Of a stretch of DNA of 64,000 bases, positions 43,251 to 49,871 are shown in pieces. The position numbers and the translations under genes were made by a program. Every line of letters begins with the position of its first letter. Position 1 is the first letter of the stretch. Location: positions 10,857 to 74,856 of the IMG/VR virus record IMGVR_UViG_3300045988_151163. One strand, 5' to 3'. This DNA comes from a virus. The notes below the pieces were generated by a model that was given only the letters and a program-made list of their open reading frames with translations, ran no database searches and was not told the DNA's origin.

Positions 43251-44129
43251 ATGCCAGCACATGATGATTTAGGAACTAGAATGAAAACTTTCTATGAAAA
43301 CGCATCTAAAACTTACCTTATGCACAGATGTCCTGTTGCCATTAGGCTAGATGGCCGCGCTTTCCATACTTTTACAAAAGGATTTCAGAAACCTTTTGAT
43401 GAAATATTGATGAAGTCAATGCAAAAAACTATGCAGTATCTTTGTAAGAATATCCAAGGATGCGTTTTTGGATATACTCAGTCAGATGAGATTACTCTTA
43501 TATTAGTAGATTATAAAAATTTAACCAGCACTGCGTGGTTTGATTATGACGTACAGAAAGTATGTAGTATTGCTGCAAGTATGGCTACGATGATATTTAA
43601 CAAGTATTTTTATGATAATGTATTTATGTACAATGCGACTGCTGCTGTTGATTTATCCAATAAAAAATATCCATTTAAAGAAGTATATTCTAAAGCAGTA
43701 AATAAAGGTGCAATGTTTGACGCAAGATGCTTTAATATACCAAAAGAAGAAGTAGCTAATTTAATTTATTGGCGGCAGTTGGATGCTATACGGAATTCAG
43801 TCCAGGCAACCGGACAAGCAAACTTTAGCCATAAAGAGCTACAAGGCAAATCTTGCGCAGACATAAAAGAAATGCTTAAAGAAAAAGGCGTTGATTGGAA
43901 TAGTCTTCCTTTAGAGTTTCAAAGAGGCTCTTGTTGTGTAAGAAATGCTGTTGCCATAAAAAAAGAACAAGTTATTTTCCCTAGTGGGAAAAAGATGATT
44001 AGATCTATTATAGAACTTAGAGATACATCCAAGCCAGAAAAAGCTTGGATTATAGATAAAGAAATCCCTATATTTAAAGGAAAAGATAGAAAGTATATTG
44101 AAGATTTAATTTTTATTGAGGAGGAATAA
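43251..44129 (+). CDS. Thg1-like protein (tRNA-His guanylyltransferase family 3'-5' nucleotidyltransferase)
   Basis: VAIRLDGRAFHTFTKGFQKPFDE and GYTQSDEITLIL match Thg1 catalytic palm motifs (compare human VVVRLDGRNFHRF...AKPND and AYGQSDEYSFVF); WRQLD matches the Thg1 WRQ.D. Confidence 0.8.
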   Translation: MPAHDDLGTRMKTFYENASKTYLMHRCPVAIRLDGRAFHTFTKGFQKPFDEILMKSMQKTMQYLCKNIQGCVFGYTQSDEITLILVDYKNLTSTAWFDYDVQKVCSIAASMATMIFNKYFYDNVFMYNATAAVDLSNKKYPFKEVYSKAVNKGAMFDARCFNIPKEEVANLIYWRQLDAIRNSVQATGQANFSHKELQGKSCADIKEMLKEKGVDWNSLPLEFQRGSCCVRNAVAIKKEQVIFPSGKKMIRSIIELRDTSKPEKAWIIDKEIPIFKGKDRKYIEDLIFIEEE

Positions 44130-44130
44130 T

Positions 44131-44382
44131 ATGAAAATTTACAATATGCCTAGAGGATCTGGAAAGACGAGATATTTAGCAAGCCTAAATATGCCCATTA
44201 TTGTATCTACTAAAGCAATGAAAAATGAAACTGAGTTACAGGGTGCTAAAGAAGTATATACAGTAAAAGAATTTTTAAAATTAAAGAAAAAGCCTAGTAT
44301 TGTATGTGTCGATGAGTTGGAATTAGTATTGGGAAGATTGCTAGATTGTTGTATTGATTCAGCAACTATTACAGAAAGGTAA
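44131..44382 (+). CDS. mini P-loop NTPase-like protein (83 aa)
   Basis: Walker A MPRGSGKTRYL and Walker B-like IVCVDELE; start overlaps Thg1-like stop (GAGGAGGAATAATATG). Confidence 0.45.
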   Translation: MKIYNMPRGSGKTRYLASLNMPIIVSTKAMKNETELQGAKEVYTVKEFLKLKKKPSIVCVDELELVLGRLLDCCIDSATITER

Positions 44383-44671
44383 TAATTTTGGATCAGTTAA
44401 AAACAAATACCGAAAAAGCCTATAAAAACTGACTCATATAGAGGAATAATAAACAAGATTTATGCTTATGCTTGTCCTACATGTGGAAAAATGGATGAAT
44501 GAACGTCAGGAAACAATGTATTGTTGGAATTGCGGTCAAAGATTACAATGGTGAGATTCCGTCTTTTGAAATCAAAATAACTTTTGGAGAGGGAATTGTC
44601 GAGGAAAGTTAGGCTAGACTAACTCGCCAAATTTGACCCCGAAATATGCCCGCCCATGATACCTCAGATTC

Positions 44672-44700
44672 ATTATACCATACTATGTGTAGTTTGTCAA
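44672..44700 (-). promoter_or_regulatory. isolated minus-strand consensus promoter (antisense to upstream region)
   Basis: rc TTGACA-17-TGGTATAAT; no minus ORF downstream. Confidence 0.45.
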
Positions 44701-44825
44701 GCACTAATTTTTACATAATCATTGGTTAGGCGGGGCAAACACTTTAGTGCGTTAAAGCATTGAAGCGCGCAAGAAAATGATAAAAAGAAGTAAAGAAAAT
44801 GATAAAAATTTTTTTACAAAAACAC

Positions 44826-44854
44826 TTGACAAATGAATCAAAAAGGCTTATAAT
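44826..44854 (+). promoter_or_regulatory. early promoter TTGACA-17-TATAAT (gene 44905)
   Basis: exact consensus hexamers, 17-nt spacer. Confidence 0.6.
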
Positions 44855-44904
44855 GTGTACATAAGGTAAAGGAAAGGAAGCCAAAAGGCTAAAGGTAAAA
44901 AGTT

Positions 44905-45141
44905 ATGGAGTTCAGAATGTATCAGAATATTGAGGGCGTTGAATTTGAGGTTATGGGTGACAAGGTTCTCTTTCACACAGAGGACGAGGCACAGGTCACA
45001 GGACTTGAGTATTTCGCAGAAAAGCACAATGTGTCGATCGAAGTCCGTGAGGATGGCTGGACAGAGGTTTTTGGTGATACAACTTCACTTTTCTACTTCG
45101 TTTGCGGTTTGGGTAGAATGACAATCAATAACAACTTGTAG
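44905..45141 (+). CDS. hypothetical protein (78 aa), higher-GC early gene
   Basis: own promoter 44826..44854; conserved leader shared with 45700 gene. Confidence 0.55.
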   Translation: MEFRMYQNIEGVEFEVMGDKVLFHTEDEAQVTGLEYFAEKHNVSIEVREDGWTEVFGDTTSLFYFVCGLGRMTINNNL

Positions 45142-45264
45142 AAGTAAAAACAAGGCAAGGGCGCAAGCTCTTGCCTTTAATAGTGCTTAACGCTTTAGTG
45201 CGTTAAAGTGTTAAAGCACTAAAGTATTGTATTTAAAAGAGTACAATTTATTTATAAAAAAAGC

Positions 45265-45293
45265 TTGACAATCAATAACAAAAGGCTTATAAT
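45265..45293 (+). promoter_or_regulatory. early promoter (gene 45327)
   Basis: TTGACA-17-TATAAT. Confidence 0.6.
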
Positions 45294-45326
45294 AAAGATA
45301 AAGATAAAGGAAAGAGGTAAACAACT

Positions 45327-45611
45327 ATGAATAATAAGAGAAAGTCAGCATTGAGAATAAACGTAGAAACGGCATTGATTACATTGTCTATTTTTGTTGG
45401 TGTGCTGCTTGTTAGCTTTGTAATGTGCATTGTAGGCTTTAAGGTGTTCAGAGCGCATGACGACATTGATTTGGAGTTGACACCAACAGCACAGCTCGAA
45501 AATACTATTGATGTAGAAGCATTAGGCAAAAGACCAACAGAAGCAAGCGAACTTGTAAGACCTGTTGATGATAGCACAATGGAGTACATTAACAAAAGTT
45601 TAGAAAAATAG
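45327..45611 (+). CDS. small membrane protein (94 aa, one TM)
   Basis: promoter 45265..45293, SD GGAAAGAGGT. Confidence 0.55.
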   Translation: MNNKRKSALRINVETALITLSIFVGVLLVSFVMCIVGFKVFRAHDDIDLELTPTAQLENTIDVEALGKRPTEASELVRPVDDSTMEYINKSLEK

Positions 45612-45621
45612 AAAAAAGTGC

Positions 45622-45650
45622 TTGACAAACAAAGCACAATCTGTTATACT
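45622..45650 (+). promoter_or_regulatory. early promoter (gene 45700), -35 inside hairpin GTGCTT/AAGCAC
   Basis: TTGACA-17-TATACT. Confidence 0.55.
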
Positions 45651-45699
45651 TAGTATAAAGATAAGGAAAGGAAAGCCAAAGGCTTAAAGGTAAATAACT

Positions 45700-45891
45700 A
45701 TGAATAAGACAACACTTGCATACTTCACAATCGAGGATAACTATTTTGTATTCACAAGAACAAACTATTTTGATGATAACACAAAGTCGATCGAGAGAGC
45801 AAAGGCTGAAAAGGAACTTGCAAGACTTCAGGCAATCAACAAGGACAGACATCTGAAGATTGTTACACGTTACGATTGCATCACAATGTAG
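45700..45891 (+). CDS. hypothetical protein (63 aa)
   Basis: promoter 45622..45650; terminator 45893..45918. Confidence 0.55.
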   Translation: MNKTTLAYFTIEDNYFVFTRTNYFDDNTKSIERAKAEKELARLQAINKDRHLKIVTRYDCITM

Positions 45892-45956
45892 GAAGAAGGC
45901 AAAAGCCTTCTTTTTTTGTTCGTTCTGAATCGAACAAATGGTCTGGTGTCCGAACT

Positions 45957-45986
45957 ATTATAGCACACTACTAGCCAACTTGTCAA
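45957..45986 (-). promoter_or_regulatory. isolated minus-strand consensus promoter (faces terminator of gene 45700)
   Basis: rc TTGACA-18-TGCTATAAT. Confidence 0.45.
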
Positions 45987-46084
45987 GAGGAAAAATGTAA
46001 AAAAATAAAAAAATATCTTTCCTAAAACAGGTAAAGGATTTAATAAAAAACGCAAGCAAATTGTATCAATCTATTGAATAAAGT

Positions 46085-46098
46085 AGTATTATAATACT
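46085..46098. repeat. perfect palindromic 14-mer AGTATTATAATACT with conserved about 80-bp flanks; copy A (others at 46727..46740 and 50836..50849)
   Basis: three copies sharing AAAAACGCAAG..TTGTATCAATC..AAAGTAGTATTATAATACTTGTAAGGAA. Confidence 0.6.
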
Positions 46099-46131
46099 TG
46101 TAAGGAACACAAGGAAAGGAAACAAGAGAAC

Positions 46132-46233
46132 ATGAGTTTGATTGAAAGAATTGAGGAAGCTATCGAGAACAAAGACACAAACGCACTTGAATTACTGCTT
46201 GTAGATTGGGATAACAATAGATTGACAAATTAG
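46132..46233 (+). CDS. hypothetical 33-aa peptide
   Basis: ATG after AAGGAAAGGAAACAAGAG; downstream of palindromic 14-mer element. Confidence 0.3.
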   Translation: MSLIERIEEAIENKDTNALELLLVDWDNNRLTN

Positions 46234-46246
46234 AAAGAGGTTAAAA

Positions 46247-46486
46247 ATGAAAGAATTTTTCAGTATCACAGAAAAGAAGTATGTTTTTGAGGTTGCGGAC
46301 TTGACTACAATTATAACAATTTTAAATGTCTTGTTTGTGGTGTGCGGTTTCGCGTGGGCACCTTGGCTTGGCATTGTGAATTGCAGTGTTTGGCTTGTGT
46401 TGAATGTAAAAGCAAAAGCGCATGTGAATAGTTATGTGACACAGATTGCACTCATTATATTAAATGCGTATTTCTTGACATTGTAG
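46247..46486 (+). CDS. small membrane protein (79 aa)
   Basis: SD GAAAGAGGT; terminator 46485..46514. Confidence 0.5.
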   Translation: MKEFFSITEKKYVFEVADLTTIITILNVLFVVCGFAWAPWLGIVNCSVWLVLNVKAKAHVNSYVTQIALIILNAYFLTL

Positions 46487-46607
46487 AGAAGATATAAAAA
46501 TCTTCTCTTTTTTAATGGGCATAATACTTTAGCGCGTTAAAGCGTTACAGTTCACTGCACTAAAGCGACTTCCGCAACCATCGAACACCTGGTCTGCTGC
46601 CCGAAAA

Positions 46608-46637
46608 ATTATACCACAGGTGACCGCACTTTGTCAA
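46608..46637 (-). promoter_or_regulatory. isolated minus-strand consensus promoter; followed on plus side by TTGCACAA..TTGTGCAA terminator 46646..46693
   Basis: rc TTGACA-18-TGGTATAAT. Confidence 0.45.
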
Positions 46638-46794
46638 GAGAAAATTTGCACAAATTTACAAGTTTTTTCAATCCCGAAATTGTGCAATTTTTTTATAAAA
46701 AACTATTGACTTTTGTTACCTAAAGTAGTATTATAATACTTGTAAGGAACAGAAACAACACGATAGCTGAAAACAGAAACTTACAAAAAAGGTG

Positions 46795-46823
46795 TTGACA
46801 AACTCAATAAGATGTGCTATAAT
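46795..46823 (+). promoter_or_regulatory. early promoter (gene 46857)
   Basis: TTGACA-17-TATAAT. Confidence 0.6.
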
Positions 46824-46856
46824 AAGTACAGAAATTAAGGAAAGAGGTAGTTGAGT

Positions 46857-46985
46857 ATGAAAGTTGTTAAAATTGAGAAGCATGGTTGCAATTATATTGT
46901 TGGTTTCGAGGGTGGCGCGGTTCGTCACTTCTGCGGCAGTGAGATTGAGTTCCAGGCTTGGCTTGAGAAGAAAACAAAAAAGTAG
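46857..46985 (+). CDS. hypothetical 42-aa protein (paralog of 47062 gene)
   Basis: promoter 46795..46823, SD GGAAAGAGGT; MKVVKIEKHGC... resembles MKMVVVKLGG... Confidence 0.45.
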   Translation: MKVVKIEKHGCNYIVGFEGGAVRHFCGSEIEFQAWLEKKTKK

Positions 46986-46995
46986 TAAAAAGGGG

Positions 46996-47024
46996 TTGAC
47001 AAACCCCACAAGGTATGGTATAAT
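46996..47024 (+). promoter_or_regulatory. early promoter (gene 47062), -35 inside GGGGTT/AACCCC hairpin
   Basis: TTGACA-17-TGGTATAAT. Confidence 0.6.
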
Positions 47025-47061
47025 AAATACATAATAAAGAAAAGGAAAGAGGTAAAAAATT

Positions 47062-47175
47062 ATGAAGATGGTTGTTGTTAAACTTGGCGGAGTTGTTGTT
47101 GACAAGGATTGCTACTCACTTGCGAAGATTCGTGAGATTGAGAAAGCTGGATTCACGGTTGAGAGTGTCAAGTAG
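47062..47175 (+). CDS. hypothetical 37-aa protein
   Basis: promoter 46996..47024, SD GGAAAGAGGT. Confidence 0.45.
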   Translation: MKMVVVKLGGVVVDKDCYSLAKIREIEKAGFTVESVK

Positions 47176-47230
47176 GCACTCTCCATAGGGTTTGAAGATT
47201 TGGTTGTTTGAAAGGAAAGAGGTAAAAATT

Positions 47231-47641
47231 ATGTTTATGGTTTTGGAAAATGGTTGTAAGACGATTGTAGTAACAAGTATTGAGGGCTTTAATATTTATA
47301 GCTATATTGACTTTATCGAGGGACTTTGGGAGAGCGATGAGTCAGACTTCTGGGATAGTAATGGCAATGAGATTGACTTCTGGGGAACAATGGAGATGAT
47401 CGCTGGCTATCTCGATATGGGCGAAACTGTGAAAACTTCAAGCAATCCGCATGAGTTCTCATATGGCGATGATTTCTTCCTTGTTGGAGATAGTGTTCAG
47501 GCTAATATCAAGCATATCGTTGATTTTATTGCTGAAGTTATTGGAACGCATGATGAGTTTACTTGCTGGGGTTTGCTTCGTATGATTGCAATGTCTGATG
47601 TTACAGAATATACAAACAATATTCATATCAAAAGAATTTAG
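47231..47641 (+). CDS. hypothetical acidic protein (136 aa)
   Basis: SD GGAAAGAGGT 8 nt before ATG 47231. Confidence 0.55.
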   Translation: MFMVLENGCKTIVVTSIEGFNIYSYIDFIEGLWESDESDFWDSNGNEIDFWGTMEMIAGYLDMGETVKTSSNPHEFSYGDDFFLVGDSVQANIKHIVDFIAEVIGTHDEFTCWGLLRMIAMSDVTEYTNNIHIKRI

Positions 47642-47648
47642 AAAGGGG

Positions 47649-47677
47649 TTGACAAAAGTAAGAGCATATGATACAAT
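47649..47677 (+). promoter_or_regulatory. promoter driving non-coding segment 47684..47790
   Basis: TTGACA-17-TACAAT; no ORF/RBS downstream. Confidence 0.5.
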
Positions 47678-47795
47678 ATAGGTACAAACAAAAGATAGGA
47701 AGAGATAGAGGCTCACCACTCAGTTGACAGGTTATCTAATAGGTGGTCGGTTGACTGAGGAGCCGAAGCCTTCCATATGGATTTAAAAAATAGTT

Positions 47796-47824
47796 GTTGA
47801 CAAATAATAATAAATATGATATAA
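47796..47824 (+). promoter_or_regulatory. promoter driving non-coding tRNA-like segment, then gene 47980
   Basis: TTGACA-17-TATAAT. Confidence 0.5.
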
Positions 47825-47838
47825 TAAATATAGAAATA

Positions 47839-47907
47839 AGGGATAGTAGGCTAAATGGCAAACCGCTAATGCGCATAGAAACAAGAGTTCGATTCTCTTC
47901 TATCTCA
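47839..47907 (+). ncRNA. tRNA-like fragment (acceptor GGGATAG/CTATCTC + T arm AAGAG-TTCGATT-CTCTT, degenerate D/anticodon arms)
   Basis: canonical T-loop and 7-bp acceptor pairing but no foldable anticodon arm. Confidence 0.3.
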
Positions 47908-47979
47908 AGCAAGGCGAACCTAGGAATGACCTTTTGCAAATAGAATAGCTAGGATAAATAAAGGAAAGAGGTAAAAAAT

Positions 47980-48229
47980 ATGAAGAAAATCTATGTAGTT
48001 AAAGAAAAAGAACTGCTATGGGGTAAAAGAAAAAGCATATTTTACAAGCAAAGATAAATGTATCGGCTTTATTCTTGGAAAAATAGAGGATTGTAAAAAA
48101 GCTTGTGATATAAAATCTGATAAATGGGATTATGAAAACAAACACTTAAATAAAAAAGATTTGTTTAATTGGATGTTTTTTGATACGCACAATAATTATT
48201 TTATAGTATCAACTATTACAGTTTATTAA
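47980..48229 (+). pseudogene. frameshifted small Cys-containing gene (MKKIYVVKEKEL...; reading frame broken in an A-tract, continues +1 to 48229)
   Basis: SD GGAAAGAGGT; 25-aa ORF stops at 48057 while a +1 frame stays open about 75 codons from about 47999 with no start of its own. Confidence 0.35.
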
Positions 48230-48237
48230 AATAAGTA

Positions 48238-48266
48238 TTGACAAACAATAGAAAGTATGTTATAAT
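48238..48266 (+). promoter_or_regulatory. early promoter (gene 48298)
   Basis: TTGACA-17-TATAAT. Confidence 0.6.
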
Positions 48267-48297
48267 AAAAAAAAGTTAAGGAAAAGAGGTAAAGAAT

Positions 48298-48462
48298 ATG
48301 ACAATAGGAATTTTTAAAAATGGGCATGTTGATTGGTTTTATAAGTGTACTGACATTGAGGTAACAGAGGGTTTTATCAGATTTAAGAAGAATAATAACA
48401 AAGATATGCTTTGTTTCTTTTTTCGTAATATTGAAGGATATGCTATTAGGGAAGAGGTGTAG
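48298..48462 (+). CDS. hypothetical 54-aa protein
   Basis: promoter 48238..48266; SD AAAAGAGGT. Confidence 0.5.
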   Translation: MTIGIFKNGHVDWFYKCTDIEVTEGFIRFKKNNNKDMLCFFFRNIEGYAIREEV

Positions 48463-48465
48463 CAG

Positions 48466-48600
48466 ATGGAAATTATAATTGCTTTTGGTTGCGGATGCGT
48501 GTTTATTATACCGCCATTGATCGCGGCAAGTGTCAGCGATGCAGTTCAGCGCAAGAAAAAACGCAACGAAATTTTGAAAAATTTTGGAATTAAGCCTTGA
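48466..48600 (+). CDS. 44-aa membrane peptide
   Basis: SD GGAAGAGGT; hydrophobic core. Confidence 0.4.
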   Translation: MEIIIAFGCGCVFIIPPLIAASVSDAVQRKKKRNEILKNFGIKP

Positions 48601-48625
48601 CAAATTAGTCAAGGCATGGTATAAT
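48597..48625 (+). promoter_or_regulatory. early promoter (gene 48658); -35 embedded in perfect palindrome GCCTTGAC-N6-GTCAAGGC
   Basis: TTGACA-17-TGGTATAAT. Confidence 0.6.
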
Positions 48626-48657
48626 AAATACATAATAAAGGAAAGGGAGTAAAGAGT

Positions 48658-48843
48658 ATGAAAGTTGCAAGAAAGATTACTGTTCCAAAAAAAGAATATG
48701 AGGTTCTCGATAAATTTCTTGATATGTGTAATGAAATAGGATTAGAAACTGATGAGCTTGTTGATTTGCTTAATGCAATTTCTAATAAAGATTCAGAATT
48801 TGACTGGGCAGGGATTACATATGATATTGAGTACTTAGCTTAG
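48658..48843 (+). CDS. hypothetical 61-aa protein
   Basis: promoter 48597..48625; terminator 48842..48867. Confidence 0.55.
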   Translation: MKVARKITVPKKEYEVLDKFLDMCNEIGLETDELVDLLNAISNKDSEFDWAGITYDIEYLA

Positions 48844-48879
48844 GGGCTATATAGCCCCTAATTTTTTTACAACAAAAGC

Positions 48880-48957
48880 TTGACATATCGCGGCAGTTGT
48901 GATATAATGGAATTTTGAGATGAAAATACCCTAGAAAAAATTTTTCATTTTTCTCTT
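48880..48957 (+). ncRNA. promoter (TTGACA-17-TATAAT) followed after about 10 nt by hairpin+T-run terminator: predicted about 45-nt non-coding transcript
   Basis: no ORF; TGAAAAT/ATTTTCA stem + TTTTTCTC. Confidence 0.4.
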
Positions 48958-49048
48958 GACAAATTAAATGAAATATGATATACTGGGCGGCCCGCGCACC
49001 ATCGCAGCGGGCCGAAATATTATACCACACATGACTCAGGTTTGTCAA
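48956..49048. repeat. convergent-promoter unit U2: plus promoter 48956..48984, GC hairpin 48985..49014, minus-strand promoter 49019..49048
   Basis: TTGACA-17-TATACT; GGGCGGCCCGCG..CGCAGCGGGCCG; rc TTGACA-18-TGGTATAAT. Confidence 0.6.
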
Positions 49049-49066
49049 GACTAATTTTCAAAAAAG

Positions 49067-49113
49067 TTATCCACAATTTACTATCCCGAAATTGTGGATA
49101 ACTTTGTGGATAA
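49067..49113. promoter_or_regulatory. three consensus DnaA boxes (TTATCCACA at 49067..49075; TGTGGATAA at 49094..49102 and 49105..49113), two forming a hairpin with TCCCGAA loop
   Basis: exact match to TTATNCACA consensus, 3 copies in 47 bp. Confidence 0.5.
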
Positions 49114-49119
49114 CTCCTA

Positions 49120-49148
49120 TTGACAAATAGGATTCTATGCGGTATAAT
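49120..49148 (+). promoter_or_regulatory. early promoter (gene 49183)
   Basis: TTGACA-17-TATAAT. Confidence 0.55.
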
Positions 49149-49182
49149 ACATACATAAGGTAAAGGAAGGGCGGTTGATAAT

Positions 49183-49326
49183 ATGATGGTATTTGAAGTT
49201 ATGGGGTACACGATAGTTGGATATGGGTATCGCTGGACAGTCACCCGCAATGGTGTACACGTTGGTACATATTCTGATACATGGGTAAATATCAGAAATG
49301 CAATTATTTTGAAAAAAATCAAATAA
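49183..49326 (+). CDS. hypothetical 47-aa protein
   Basis: promoter 49120..49148. Confidence 0.4.
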   Translation: MMVFEVMGYTIVGYGYRWTVTRNGVHVGTYSDTWVNIRNAIILKKIK

Positions 49327-49330
49327 GGGG

Positions 49331-49359
49331 TTGACAAATACCCCTAAACATGGTATAAT
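49331..49359 (+). promoter_or_regulatory. early promoter (gene 49394)
   Basis: TTGACA-17-TGGTATAAT. Confidence 0.6.
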
Positions 49360-49393
49360 CATTATAGAAAATAAAGAAAGGAAGTTGTTAGAT

Positions 49394-49624
49394 ATGACAT
49401 TTTTAGGTTTTTGTGGAATTGGTGGAGCATGTGTTATTGCTTTCTCTTGTGGATGGTTCTTTTTGATGGTAGCATATGCTATTTTTGCTGAGTGTGCAGG
49501 ACTTCCGATGCCTTTTGATGAAGATTATTTGATTTGTAAAATCAATCTGTATTTTTGGCTGGGTACTATGTGTTTAGGTATCATTCTTTGGCTTATTGTT
49601 GCTATTGCTAGTCTTTTTAATTAA
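49394..49624 (+). CDS. small membrane protein (76 aa)
   Basis: promoter 49331..49359; SD AAAGGAAG. Confidence 0.55.
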   Translation: MTFLGFCGIGGACVIAFSCGWFFLMVAYAIFAECAGLPMPFDEDYLICKINLYFWLGTMCLGIILWLIVAIASLFN

Positions 49625-49628
49625 AGTA

Positions 49629-49657
49629 TTGACAAATATCTTTAAATATGATATAAT
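49629..49657 (+). promoter_or_regulatory. early promoter (gene 49690)
   Basis: TTGACA-17-TATAAT. Confidence 0.6.
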
Positions 49658-49689
49658 AAATATAGAAAATGAAAGAGAGGTAAGAGATT

Positions 49690-49854
49690 ATGGAAAAAGG
49701 TGGAATTAGTTTTAGTGGTTTATTGTTTATTACTCTTTTGGTTTTGAAGTTGGTAAAAGTAATTTCAATATCATGGGTTTGGGTTTTTGCTCCTTTGTGG
49801 ATTCCATTGGGCATCACACTCATTTGTATTATTATTGGAATATTTATTCATTAG
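49690..49854 (+). CDS. 54-aa membrane peptide
   Basis: promoter 49629..49657; SD AAGAGAGGT. Confidence 0.5.
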   Translation: MEKGGISFSGLLFITLLVLKLVKVISISWVWVFAPLWIPLGITLICIIIGIFIH

Positions 49855-49871
49855 AAAGAGGGGTAATAGTT

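Noticed and set aside
45287-49362. Minus-strand ORFs in the early region from the six-frame track (45287..45637, 45589..45852, 46731..47105, 47459..47719, 47736..47939, 48226..48633, 48815..49048, 49020..49337, 49135..49362 and similar)
   Set aside because: No RBS or promoter. They run antisense through plus-strand genes that each have a consensus promoter and a GGAAAGAGGT RBS, and their translations are low-complexity hydrophobic. Treated as spurious.
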